Positions 30,214-39,537 of a DNA stretch of 64,000 nucleotides are shown here, in pieces (the stretch's first letter is position 1; each line of letters begins with the position of its first letter). Made by a program: the position numbers and the translations under genes. The stretch comes from Halorutilales archaeon Cl-col2-1 (GTDB lineage Archaea > Halobacteriota > Halobacteria > Halobacteriales > Afararchaeaceae): positions 352,001 to 416,000 of the forward strand of contig CP169074.1 in the NCBI GenBank assembly GCA_041891055.1, written 5' to 3'. The notes under the pieces were generated by a model that was not told the origin of the DNA, made no database searches, and worked only from the letters and a program-made list of their open reading frames with translations.

Positions 30214-31302
30214 ATGGACGAATCACTCATAGAAGACGCGCCGATAGAGGAGAGGTCGCTCCTGCCGAAGCCGGGATTCTTCGTCCCCGACTCGGTACGT
30301 GAGAAGAGGAAGGAGGAGAAGATACGTGACGGACTTTCCGAACACTCTACTGTGATGATAGTCGACGGCGACCCCGACGGTCTCGCGGCGGTCGCTGTTG
30401 CCGAGACGGTCTTCGACGACCTCGGCTATGTCTATACCTCGCCCAACGACCTCGACGAGACACTCGAAAGAGCCGTCGACTACGTCGAGGAAGGCGCGAC
30501 GGTCTACGTAGTGGATCTCGCGCTCGACTCCCTCGAAGAAGTCGACGACGAGTACGAGACACTAGAGGTTCTGACGGAGGTCGCCGACATCTACTGGTAC
30601 GACCACCACGAGTGGGACGACGAGACCGTCTCGGCTCTCAGAGGCTTCGGAGTCGACGTAGTAATCGGGGACAGCGACGAGGTCTGTTCGGCGGACGTCG
30701 TCCTCAGCGAACTTGAGAACGAGGGGTATGTCTTCGGTGACTGGGTCTACGAACTCGTCGACGTCACCCGCGACCACGACCTCTGGATAAAGGAAGATCC
30801 CCGATCGGACGACTTAGCCGACTTAGGTGTCTATCTCTCGCCCGACGACTACCTCGAAGTCATACGTGACGGTCCCGAGATAGGCGACGAAGAGGAGGAT
30901 CTTCTGAAGGAGAAACGAGAGGAGAAGGAGAAACTCATACAACTCGCAGTCGAGAGGGCGGAGTTCGAAGACATCGGGGAGGTCTCGGTCGCACTGACTT
31001 ATGGGAGATGCTCACAGAATGAGGTCTCGGAGAGCCTAAGGCAGGAGGGAGCCGACGCTGCAGCCGTCATAAAGCCGTCCGGCGGCGTCTCTCTCAGAGG
31101 GAGCGACGGCTTCGAGAGATGCCACGAGGTCGCGAAGCTTCTCGGTGGCGGCGGTCATCCTCGCGCAGCAGGCTGTAAGCCCGACATCTTCGACACGATG
31201 TTCGACTACCTCAGACACTGGACACAGGAGGGCGACGAGTCCAAGTCGGAGATACTCGGGGCTTTCGAGGAGGTCGTCTCGGACTCCGTGACACACGACT
31301 GA
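30214..31302 (+). CDS. DHH-family phosphoesterase
   Basis: DPDG, YDHH, GGGGHPRAAG. Confidence 0.88.
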   Translation: MDESLIEDAPIEERSLLPKPGFFVPDSVREKRKEEKIRDGLSEHSTVMIVDGDPDGLAAVAVAETVFDDLGYVYTSPNDLDETLERAVDYVEEGATVYVVDLALDSLEEVDDEYETLEVLTEVADIYWYDHHEWDDETVSALRGFGVDVVIGDSDEVCSADVVLSELENEGYVFGDWVYELVDVTRDHDLWIKEDPRSDDLADLGVYLSPDDYLEVIRDGPEIGDEEEDLLKEKREEKEKLIQLAVERAEFEDIGEVSVALTYGRCSQNEVSESLRQEGADAAAVIKPSGGVSLRGSDGFERCHEVAKLLGGGGHPRAAGCKPDIFDTMFDYLRHWTQEGDESKSEILGAFEEVVSDSVTHD

Positions 31303-31386
31303 GGAATCCCACAGCCGTCCGAGAGTTTCACACGATGAAACTCTGGTTTCGTATTTAACTACTTTCGGCTGTATCTTCGAAACACG

Positions 31387-31650
31387 ATGTCACCCACTGC
31401 TAAGAGAAGACTCAACGACGACCAGAAGGCTATACTTGAGTACCTCAAGGAAGTCTCAGAGGACGGCGTCGTATTCCTGAAGAGCAAGGATATATCACGT
31501 GAGATTGGTATATCAACGAAGAAAGTCGGAACTAACCTCGGACGTATCTCCGACTCCGCGGACGTGACCATAGAGAAATGGAGTGACAGCAACGCGACGA
31601 CCTGGAAGGTCGAGAGCGAGTCTACGTCGGATTCGAGGCACACGGCATAG
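31387..31650 (+). CDS. Small winged-helix DNA-binding protein
   Basis: FLKSKDISREIGISTKKVG...IEKWS...TTWKV. Confidence 0.8.
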   Translation: MSPTAKRRLNDDQKAILEYLKEVSEDGVVFLKSKDISREIGISTKKVGTNLGRISDSADVTIEKWSDSNATTWKVESESTSDSRHTA

Positions 31651-31709
31651 CACAGGAGATACAAGGTAGTGCGGGATATTTTAGTTTAGTAGGTACAGTG
31701 ATCTGACCG

Positions 31710-32054
31710 ATGGACGCCGACAGACACGAAGAGGTGATAGATGCCGTCCACAACGACCACGCGCGTGAGATTCTCGTCCGCGCCTCCGAGGAGCCGGTGT
31801 CGGCGTCATGTCTCATTGAGGAGATGAACGCCTCGAAGCCGACCGTCTACCGACAGCTCGACGACCTAGAGAATCTGGGTCTGGTCAGGTCACACAAAAA
31901 GCCCGATCCCGACGGACACCACCGTGACGTCTATATCACAGCCGTCGAGGAAGTCCGTATACGTATAGAGTCGGGAGAGTACTCTGTCGACGTCGAAAAA
32001 CGTCCGACGGACGCCGTCGACAGGTTCACAGAGTTAGTGGAGGATCTGTCATGA
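31710..32054 (+). CDS. ArsR-like winged-helix regulator
   Basis: REIL...PVSA...ASKPTVYRQLDDL...DGHH. Confidence 0.85.
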   Translation: MDADRHEEVIDAVHNDHAREILVRASEEPVSASCLIEEMNASKPTVYRQLDDLENLGLVRSHKKPDPDGHHRDVYITAVEEVRIRIESGEYSVDVEKRPTDAVDRFTELVEDLS

Positions 32055-32380
32055 CAGGGGTTGTTCTCGCGTCTAACCCCAACTCGGTTCCGATCGGAGT
32101 CGTGGCACTCCTCGCACTAGGTGCCGCAGTCGTCTACTCGTTACGTGTCGCGTACACCGTCGTAGAGGGTTACAGAACTGCGGAGTCTTCGAGTGTGGTA
32201 TACATCGCCGCAGGACTCCTACTCCTCACGACAGTTCCGATACTCCTGCGTTTCGTCTTGGCGACCGTCATCTCCCTGCCTACGTATGCCATCTCGGGAC
32301 TCACCGGACTGAGTGAGCTTCTGGGTCTCGGAGCGATACTATACGTGATATACTTCCCACGGGGAGGTGACAGACAGTGA
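32051..32380 (+). CDS. Small 3-TM membrane protein
   Basis: Three hydrophobic segments, GYR motif, ATGA-coupled to the regulator. Confidence 0.75.
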   Translation: MTGVVLASNPNSVPIGVVALLALGAAVVYSLRVAYTVVEGYRTAESSSVVYIAAGLLLLTTVPILLRFVLATVISLPTYAISGLTGLSELLGLGAILYVIYFPRGGDRQ

Positions 32381-32649
32381 TAGAAGCGACCATCTTAGTC
32401 TTCGGTCTCAAGTCAGTAGTCGGCTTAGTAGGTCTCTTCGTGAGCTTACAGGCTTACAGGGGATACAGGAGACACGGTAGCCGGAGTATACTCTTTATCG
32501 GGGTCGGTATACTCTTCCTGACTACGGTTCCGGTGGCTCTCTCGTACGGAGTAGCCTGGCTGACTCAGCTACCAGCCGCATACTCAGTGGTGTCGATTGC
32601 CGTCTCATATCTCGTGGGTCTGGCTTCGGTCGACTACGCTCTCAACTAG
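32377..32649 (+). CDS. Small 3-TM membrane protein (paralogue of the previous gene)
   Basis: AYRGYRRHGS...LFLTTVP, similar to GYRT...LLLTTVP of the neighbour; GGAGGTGA SD and GTGA overlap. Confidence 0.75.
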   Translation: MIEATILVFGLKSVVGLVGLFVSLQAYRGYRRHGSRSILFIGVGILFLTTVPVALSYGVAWLTQLPAAYSVVSIAVSYLVGLASVDYALN

Positions 32650-32651
32650 AT

Positions 32652-33305
32652 TTACGAGAACAAGACGAAGGTCTTGAAAGCCTCGAAGGCGGCGACCGGA
32701 AGAACCGCGAATACCGACTGTAGGTCGGTGACCCCACGTACAGCCTTCAGGAGACGTGTCCAGAGGAAGAGCGACCATACAGTCATTACGTTGTCGAGGT
32801 AGTTCGAAGTCTCAACGAGTGACGTCTCCTGTACCTGTTCGACGAAGGCGTCGTTTCCGGCTGGCGTCTCGGGCGGCGGTGTCATATCCGCGCTCACTAC
32901 CATCGCTCCGAGCCAGACTATACCGCCGAGCACCCACGGCGAGAAGCCTATGCCTGTGAGCCAGAATAAGGGAGAGAACCCTGCGCTTTCGTCGTCAGCA
33001 AAGGGCTTCGTGAGAAGGTAGAAGACTCCTGCGTAGACGATCCAGTAGACGTAGACGTGCCCGAAGCTGATGAGAGCTCCCGTGACGGTTATCTGGGGTA
33101 GCTCAAGCCTCACGGGAGCCGTCACGTAGGTAATAGTAGGTCTGTCACCTATCACGCTCATAGAGACGAGAAGAAGCTGTGCGAGAAGTGTCGAGAGTCC
33201 CGTCGCGGCTAAGACGCCTACCGGAAGAGACCGTGGTGGGTCGTCACGTCTGGCTCGGAAGTAAGAAGTCGGAGACCGGACGAGGGTAACCAGACCAGAG
33301 ATCAT
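32652..33305 (-). CDS. Yip1-like membrane protein
   Basis: N-terminal SPTSYF and about 5 TM segments. Confidence 0.7.
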   Translation of the reverse strand: MISGLVTLVRSPTSYFRARRDDPPRSLPVGVLAATGLSTLLAQLLLVSMSVIGDRPTITYVTAPVRLELPQITVTGALISFGHVYVYWIVYAGVFYLLTKPFADDESAGFSPLFWLTGIGFSPWVLGGIVWLGAMVVSADMTPPPETPAGNDAFVEQVQETSLVETSNYLDNVMTVWSLFLWTRLLKAVRGVTDLQSVFAVLPVAAFEAFKTFVLFS

Positions 33306-33399
33306 TAAATGCCTTAGCGACCTTTCGAGAGTTAAATCTGACTCTTTGTGGAACGAGTACCACGTGAATTATTATAAGGGGAGAGACTGATATGGAGCC

Positions 33400-34332
33400 A
33401 TGTCACGTATCTACCGCCGGAGGTTTCTAGCGGCTCTCGTTACATCGGCTCTCGCAGGATGCACGAGCGTGCCCGGTTCGGGTTCGGGCGGTAACGGTCA
33501 GAACGCGTCATCACAGAGTTCGTCTTCGACTTCGGCATCGTCTGAGTCAGCACAAGACACCAACTCGTCGTCGACTGATCCCATGATGAGTGTCAAGGAT
33601 ATATCCGCTCCCGACGAGATACATGCGGGCGACGAATTCACGGTTCGACTCTCGGTTCAGAACTTCGGAGGAGACGGCGTCTTCGAGGCTACTCTCGTCT
33701 CGACTAAGGAAGAAGAAACAGTCGAGAAAAAGAGAGTGAGATTCGACGTCGGTTCGGGGGAGGAGGTCACGAGAAGTATAGACACGAGTCTCGAATACTC
33801 GGGAAACTGGAGCCTCGGTCTCTCGGGGAGCCAGAGCTACAGCTACGAGGAGGAGACTGTCGAAGTAAAGCCCGTAGTACTCGACGAGGGCGGAAGCTAC
33901 ACCGACTCGGTGACTCCTGGCTCCGTCAAGGACGAGGTACGTATACGTGTCGTCGACTCGGCGTCGCCGTCTAAGCTGATGCCCGAGTTCGAGACACCTG
34001 GCACGACCGGGAGCCTCGAGTCCGTCTATCCCGGGAGTCCTTACCGGTTCGTAACTGCGGAGATAGAGGTCACTAACATCACCGATGAGACTGTCGAGGC
34101 ACGGAACCTCGTCTACCTCATAAATCTGTACGCCGACGACAGGATCTACGACGCGAAGTACTACAACGACAGGAAGGGAAGCATACTGGGTGAGATACCG
34201 CCCGACGAGTCGGTGAGAGGTGTCGTGGCTTTCGAGGTTCTCGACGACCACGGCCTCGAAGACGTGAGACTCGGATGGGAGACTCTACACGACGACGAGA
34301 ACCCCGAGGCGTACTGGGATCTAACACCCTGA
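33400..34332 (+). CDS. Tat-lipoprotein with Ig-like / DUF4352-like domain
   Basis: RRRFL...LAGC, Ser-rich linker, GEIPPDESVRGVVAFEV. Confidence 0.75.
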   Translation: MSRIYRRRFLAALVTSALAGCTSVPGSGSGGNGQNASSQSSSSTSASSESAQDTNSSSTDPMMSVKDISAPDEIHAGDEFTVRLSVQNFGGDGVFEATLVSTKEEETVEKKRVRFDVGSGEEVTRSIDTSLEYSGNWSLGLSGSQSYSYEEETVEVKPVVLDEGGSYTDSVTPGSVKDEVRIRVVDSASPSKLMPEFETPGTTGSLESVYPGSPYRFVTAEIEVTNITDETVEARNLVYLINLYADDRIYDAKYYNDRKGSILGEIPPDESVRGVVAFEVLDDHGLEDVRLGWETLHDDENPEAYWDLTP

Positions 34333-34385
34333 AGCTTCCACCATCAGTATATTCAATACTGTCTGTGACGTACTCACAGACGAAG

Positions 34386-34715
34386 ATGTTTCTGGTTCGC
34401 GGAAAAGCCGGAGGGACAGAGCTGACCGGTACCATTTACAAGAGAAGCGAGAACCCTCCTTCTTTCAAGGGAGCACCCGAGACCAACTCGACCTACGTCT
34501 GGATCTGTGACGAGTTCTACGAGGTCGAGACGGGCGGCTCAGTACAGGTCGTAGACGGCGACGAGAAAAGGATCGCATTCGAGCCTCCAGTCCCTCGGGG
34601 ATTCGAGACCCTAGACGGTGCTATCCAAGGTGCGCGCGAGCACATACGTACACAGTTCGCGCGTATCGGAGTGCCTAAGGACGAAGTCGAGACCGAGGTC
34701 GTGCGTCACGACTGA
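34386..34715 (+). CDS. Conserved haloarchaeal hypothetical protein
   Basis: MFLVRGKAGGTELTGT...YVWICDEFYEV...HIRTQFARIG. Confidence 0.75.
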   Translation: MFLVRGKAGGTELTGTIYKRSENPPSFKGAPETNSTYVWICDEFYEVETGGSVQVVDGDEKRIAFEPPVPRGFETLDGAIQGAREHIRTQFARIGVPKDEVETEVVRHD

Positions 34716-34730
34716 TACCGCTAAACAGCC

Positions 34731-35393
34731 TCAGAGAGGGTCTACAATGGATACTGTCCAGCTACCCGACGCCGACATTCCGGTGTTACTCTCACCGCTC
34801 CAGTCGCCCTCTATCACCGACAGGTTCTCGGAGACATCGCCCGTCATATCCATGTTCATCGTCATATACTGCATCGCACGTCCCGAGGCGTCAGCATCGA
34901 CCTCCCCGTCCGACACGGAGCCTTCTATGGGTCCCGAGGCGTCACCCTCTATGCTTCCCGAGACCTCGTTGTTGGAGTAGTCGACCGTGAGCTGTATCGT
35001 CCCATCGACATTAACTCCTCCCGTCGCCTCGCCGCTCCAGCTTCCCTCGTACTCGTGTACTCTGTTCACCTCTCCGTCGCCGGTTCCCTCTGACCCCGTC
35101 TCCGGGTTCGATTCCGGCGACTCGGCTTCGTTTGCGTCAGAGCCGGAGTCGGTCTGGGTGTCAGTGTTCGAATTGGACGTCGTCGAGTTGTCGCTGCCGC
35201 TCTCCGACATACCGTCGTTCGCCGAGCCCGAACTCGGATTCGAGTCCTCGGGCTCTGACACTGATCCTGAATCGGTTTCCGTCTCGGTCTCGGTGTTCTC
35301 AGACCCTCCTGTGCTCGAACCGGCGCTACTACATCCCGCGAGTCCCCCTACGACTGACGTGGCTGTAGCTATCACGAATTTACGTCGTTTCAT
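34731..35393 (-). CDS. Tat-lipoprotein of unknown function
   Basis: MKRRKF...LAGC, long S/T/E/D linker, C-terminal beta-rich domain. Confidence 0.75.
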   Translation of the reverse strand: MKRRKFVIATATSVVGGLAGCSSAGSSTGGSENTETETETDSGSVSEPEDSNPSSGSANDGMSESGSDNSTTSNSNTDTQTDSGSDANEAESPESNPETGSEGTGDGEVNRVHEYEGSWSGEATGGVNVDGTIQLTVDYSNNEVSGSIEGDASGPIEGSVSDGEVDADASGRAMQYMTMNMDMTGDVSENLSVIEGDWSGESNTGMSASGSWTVSIVDPL

Positions 35394-35587
35394 GTTCCCC
35401 CCACCACAGTTTCCTTCCCCATCGGATTTCACGGTGTTCCGTATACTGTGATGTACTAACAACACCCATCCTCCGAATATTTAACCTTTTCCAAGACCTG
35501 ACAGATGCGACTCACGTGGTAGGAACTGCGTCCGTCCCGGGACGAGGGGAAAGACTTGATAACTTCGAGTCCGTCTCCGAAGACAGA

Positions 35588-35815
35588 ATGGTCAAGTCGT
35601 ACGTCTTAATAGAGTCGAAGACCGGATCGATACAGAGCCTCGTCGAGGACGTCAACGATATCGGAGAGGTCTCGGAAGCGAGTGCCGTAACGGGCAAGTA
35701 CGACGTAATTGCGGAGTTCGAGGTCGAGAAGACAGAACAGATACTCGATCTCGTGTCGGGACAGATACAGAAGCTTCCGGGGGTCGACGACACGGTGACG
35801 TGTATATCGACATGA
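35588..35815 (+). CDS. Stand-alone Lrp/AsnC ligand-binding (RAM) domain
   Basis: VTGKYDVIA...IQKLPGVDDTVT. Confidence 0.85.
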   Translation: MVKSYVLIESKTGSIQSLVEDVNDIGEVSEASAVTGKYDVIAEFEVEKTEQILDLVSGQIQKLPGVDDTVTCIST

Positions 35816-36825
35816 CGGAGGCTTCGAGAGCCGAGAAGGGAGGCGTCGGAGAAGGCATACGTCTCCTACTGTGTGAGAACCCACTTCCGCCGATAGACGA
35901 GGCGGTCTCGGCGGCGAGGAAGGAGCTTCCGAGGTCGAACCGGTATACAGAGCCCTACTCCGAGCCCCTGAGACGTCTCATAAGCCACGAGATAGGGGTT
36001 CCCGAGAAGAACATACATATAAACGCGGGGTCTGAGCTCATACTAAGACAGATATTCGACAGATACGTCGAGAAGTCACATCTCCTCACTCCGACGTACA
36101 ACCTCTTCAGGGAGATATCACCCGACTACACCGAGACACGTCTGTCACCCGAGGAGGAGTTCGAGTACGACCTCGGCGACTTAGACTTCGACAGTAACAC
36201 CGACCTCGTCGTAGTGGTGAGTCCCAACAACCCCAACGGCGGAAGCTTCAACGTCTCTGAGATACCCGACCTCCTAGAGGAGAACCCCGACACCTACTTC
36301 TTAGTCGACGAGGCTTTCTTCGAGTTCACGCGTGAGACTGTCGCCGACTTAGTCCCCGACTACAGTAGCCTGATAGTGACACGTACCTTCTCGAAGGCAC
36401 ACAGCTTAGCCGGATTCCGTGTCGGATACGTAGTCGCTCCCGAAGCGATTGCCGACGAACTCAACGCCAACAACGACGCGTATCCCCTCACACGTGCCGG
36501 AGAGGCGGCGGCAGTCGCGTCGCTGAGGAACAAACAGAAGATCTACGACAGGGCGGACAGGCTGAGGTCGTGGACACGTGATCTCTCGGAGAGCCTGTCC
36601 GAGATGGGTGTCGAGACCTATCCGACTGAGACCTACTTCTTCCTCGCCGACTTCTCTCCGAGATCCGTCTCCGCTCCCGAGGTCGCCGAGAAGCTCGCGG
36701 AGAAGAAGATACTCGTCAAGCCACTCGACGAAGACCGTCTCGGAGACGGCTACATGAGGGTCACGACATCGACACCCGAGAACAACCGGAAGTTCGTCGA
36801 AGCAGTCGGGGAGATACTAGGCTAG
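35812..36825 (+). CDS. Histidinol-phosphate aminotransferase-like PLP enzyme (class I/II)
   Basis: SPNNPNG, VDEAF, RTFSKAHSLAGFRVGY. Confidence 0.85.
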   Translation: MTEASRAEKGGVGEGIRLLLCENPLPPIDEAVSAARKELPRSNRYTEPYSEPLRRLISHEIGVPEKNIHINAGSELILRQIFDRYVEKSHLLTPTYNLFREISPDYTETRLSPEEEFEYDLGDLDFDSNTDLVVVVSPNNPNGGSFNVSEIPDLLEENPDTYFLVDEAFFEFTRETVADLVPDYSSLIVTRTFSKAHSLAGFRVGYVVAPEAIADELNANNDAYPLTRAGEAAAVASLRNKQKIYDRADRLRSWTRDLSESLSEMGVETYPTETYFFLADFSPRSVSAPEVAEKLAEKKILVKPLDEDRLGDGYMRVTTSTPENNRKFVEAVGEILG

Positions 36826-38669
36826 TTCCCGTGTTTGGTCACGCAGTATCTCAGACCCTCGACCTCGACAGCCTCGACGTCGGGAGCCTTTACGACCGCC
36901 TCGCCCTTTCCGAATGTCGGTATCTCCGACCTGAACTGTGAGGGTATAGACGGCACTCTCTCGACGACCTCGTCCCTGAGACCCATGAAGATATTCGTGT
37001 TTATCTGTTTGAGTATCTCGTCGTCTATGTCCTCGGGGTTCTGTGTGATCATACCGAGTCCGAGTAGATCCTTTCTTCCCTGCTTGACTGCGGCTCGTGC
37101 CTTCTCGACGACGTAACGTCCTCTCGTGGTGTCCGCCTCGGCGAAGTAGTTGTGTGCCTCGTCTGTGGCTACGAATATAGGAGTGTTCTTTATCTCGTCG
37201 TCGACGTCGTGTTCGGATATCTTGTTCTCTATCACGAGAGCGAGCAAAGACAGGACGACGAGATCCTCGACCGCTCCTCTTATGTGGCTCGTGGGTATCA
37301 CAGTAGTCTGTCCCTCGTCGAAGACGTCGTCGGTGATCTCCGTGAGGGGGTCGGTTCCGTTGTCGAAGACACGGTGGTAGACGCCGTTGTCTACGACGCG
37401 TCTCATGACGGCGTCCCACGTCGCGTCGGCTATGCTGTTTGCCTCCTTTACAGCGTTGACCTCCGACGAGTCGTTTGTCTCCATGTAGTCGGTGAATCCC
37501 TCGTATGTCGGATCGTCCGCGGTCGAGAAGTAGGCGTTGAGACAGTCGGAGATAGCACGGCGCGTCACGGGCGACGGGTCGAACGGCATCAGGAGTTCGG
37601 GCACGTCGTCGACTATTCCGAAAGGCACCGTGAACTCGCGGTACGAGGGAGCCGAGGGGGCGGGGGCTCCTGCAACGGTTGGGACGAAGACCTCAAGGTC
37701 GTCTATCCCACCAGTCTTGACGCCGCGTCTCCGGAGACGTCTCTCGTCGTCTTCGGGGAGTTCGGGGTTGTCCTCCGACATCTCGACGTACTCGCCCTCG
37801 GGATCTATAACTACCGTGTTCAGGCGCATACGGAGTGTCTCACCGCTACCGTACTCGTCTATGGGATACCTCTTCTCCGACGAAAGCTGACGCAGGATGT
37901 TCTTCGTGAAATGCGTCTTACCCTTTCCCGTCGAACCCGCGACGAGCATATGCCGGAAGACTGCGGGCTCGCCCTCTTCGACCTCGCCCGACGGGTCGAT
38001 ACCCGGGTTTTCGAGGTAGTAGGCAAGCGGCTCGCCGTCGACCTCTATCCTGCGTCCTCCGACAGCCATGTACCCCGCGAATATGCCGTCACCAGGGACG
38101 TTGAGGCCCGTTCGGAGGACGTCCTCGTCACGCGCGAGAGACGACGGAGTGTTGGGCTTCGGAATCTGATCGACGGGCTTACGTCCGTATCCGTCGCCGT
38201 CTCCCTCGGATTCGACTATCGAGAGAGGCTTCGTCTCTGCGACCAAGACGAACTCCCTCTCGTCGACCTCGTCACCGAGGCTGACCTCGGCGTACGACTG
38301 TGACTTGTCGTTGACCTGAGTGTAGGGTTCGTACCTCAGCGACGAGACGACCGCAAAGAGGTACTTCTCCGAGCCGTCACCGACACTGTAGGGTATCTGG
38401 ACGTAGTCGCCGAGACGTATCTCGTCACGTCTGTCTATGTCGACGTAGATGTTGATCTTGTTCTCGGTGTCGCCGACTATGATCCTCTCGCTCGCGAGTA
38501 TGTGTCCGACAGTCGCCTCCGAATCCGACGGCGACTCCGTCTTGGGAGAGGGGTAGTCGCCCTCGGGTATCGTCGAGGAGCCGGTCGGGACGTCGGTGTC
38601 CGAGTTGGGGTTGGGATTACTGTCAGAGTCAGATCCCCATGGCTCGTCTTCGAGTATGTCGTCTTCCAT
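36822..38669 (-). CDS. herA: HerA helicase/translocase
   Basis: HAS-barrel-like N-terminus, HMLVAGSTGKGKT, IDPEGEY, DEAHNY, QGRK, ITQNPEDI. Confidence 0.9.
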   Translation of the reverse strand: MEDDILEDEPWGSDSDSNPNPNSDTDVPTGSSTIPEGDYPSPKTESPSDSEATVGHILASERIIVGDTENKINIYVDIDRRDEIRLGDYVQIPYSVGDGSEKYLFAVVSSLRYEPYTQVNDKSQSYAEVSLGDEVDEREFVLVAETKPLSIVESEGDGDGYGRKPVDQIPKPNTPSSLARDEDVLRTGLNVPGDGIFAGYMAVGGRRIEVDGEPLAYYLENPGIDPSGEVEEGEPAVFRHMLVAGSTGKGKTHFTKNILRQLSSEKRYPIDEYGSGETLRMRLNTVVIDPEGEYVEMSEDNPELPEDDERRLRRRGVKTGGIDDLEVFVPTVAGAPAPSAPSYREFTVPFGIVDDVPELLMPFDPSPVTRRAISDCLNAYFSTADDPTYEGFTDYMETNDSSEVNAVKEANSIADATWDAVMRRVVDNGVYHRVFDNGTDPLTEITDDVFDEGQTTVIPTSHIRGAVEDLVVLSLLALVIENKISEHDVDDEIKNTPIFVATDEAHNYFAEADTTRGRYVVEKARAAVKQGRKDLLGLGMITQNPEDIDDEILKQINTNIFMGLRDEVVERVPSIPSQFRSEIPTFGKGEAVVKAPDVEAVEVEGLRYCVTKHGN

Positions 38670-38778
38670 TAGGGCTTAATCGCGGGGCAAGACAGATGAA
38701 GCTACCGCCCTCGTTTGTCGGCGTCTCGAAAGTCCATCTTGGGACAAGATCTTTATTTATGGCATGAATACTGTATCT

Positions 38779-39045
38779 ATGACAGTAGAAACGGATTCAC
38801 ACGGACGTCTCTATCTCTCGTCTGAGCTGAGAGACAGGTACGGCGAGAAGTTTCACGTAGTTGAGTATGAGGACAGGATCGAACTCATACCCATAGACGA
38901 CGACCCGCTTGAGGCGGCTCGAGACGCAGCCGGCGACGCCTTTGAGGGAGAGTCAGCCGAGGAGCTTAGGCAAGAGGCTCTCGAACAAGCCAAGTCTGAA
39001 TCCAGAGAAGACATTCAGCCCGCGAGAAGAGAAGACGACGGATGA
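38779..39045 (+). CDS. vapB: AbrB/MazE-type antitoxin
   Basis: MTVETDSHGRLYLSSELR...IELIPIDDDPL; ATGA overlap with the PIN gene. Confidence 0.85.
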   Translation: MTVETDSHGRLYLSSELRDRYGEKFHVVEYEDRIELIPIDDDPLEAARDAAGDAFEGESAEELRQEALEQAKSESREDIQPARREDDG

Positions 39046-39425
39046 CGGTATACGTCGAGACCGACTTCCTGATAGCTCTCGTAAAGGACGACGACTGGCT
39101 ACAGGAACGCGCAGAAGAAGCTCTAGAAGAGCGTGACGTCGTGACTTCTCCGTTTTCTTACCTCGAACTACTTATCATCCGAGAACGTCACGAGTACGAC
39201 TATGTCCGTCTATTCTCTAACCTGCTTGAAGTAGTCCCCGCCGGCTCAGACGATGAGAATCAAGCCGTTCTGAAAGCCATCGACTACTATGAGAAGGGAA
39301 TGACTCCGTTCGATGCCTTCCACGCCGCGATTGCGGAGAACCGTGGTCTGGGTCTTCTTTCCTCCGACAAGGCATACGAAGACGTCGATCCTGAGAGACT
39401 ACCCTTGGAGCCGGACGACGTGTAG
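39042..39425 (+). CDS. vapC: PIN-domain toxin
   Basis: YVETDFL, YLELL, TPFDAFHAA, SSDKAY. Confidence 0.9.
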   Translation: MTVYVETDFLIALVKDDDWLQERAEEALEERDVVTSPFSYLELLIIRERHEYDYVRLFSNLLEVVPAGSDDENQAVLKAIDYYEKGMTPFDAFHAAIAENRGLGLLSSDKAYEDVDPERLPLEPDDV

Positions 39426-39537
39426 ATTGATCTTGGTGGTCGTGTCTTTCCTCTGTCATGTCATATATCTCCGATAGGAAAGAACCATAAGATATCAAAG
39501 AGTTGAGTTATCCATACTCAGGAGGAGACCTTGATTA

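Noticed and set aside
36822-38669. HerA as part of a Sir2-HerA or DUF4297-HerA antiphage system
   Set aside because: No such partner is adjacent; co-orientation with nurA-rad50-mre11 indicates the repair HerA.
39430-39500. Imperfect long inverted repeat between vapC and the R-M gene
   Set aside because: It has many mismatches and is plausibly just a terminator-like structure.
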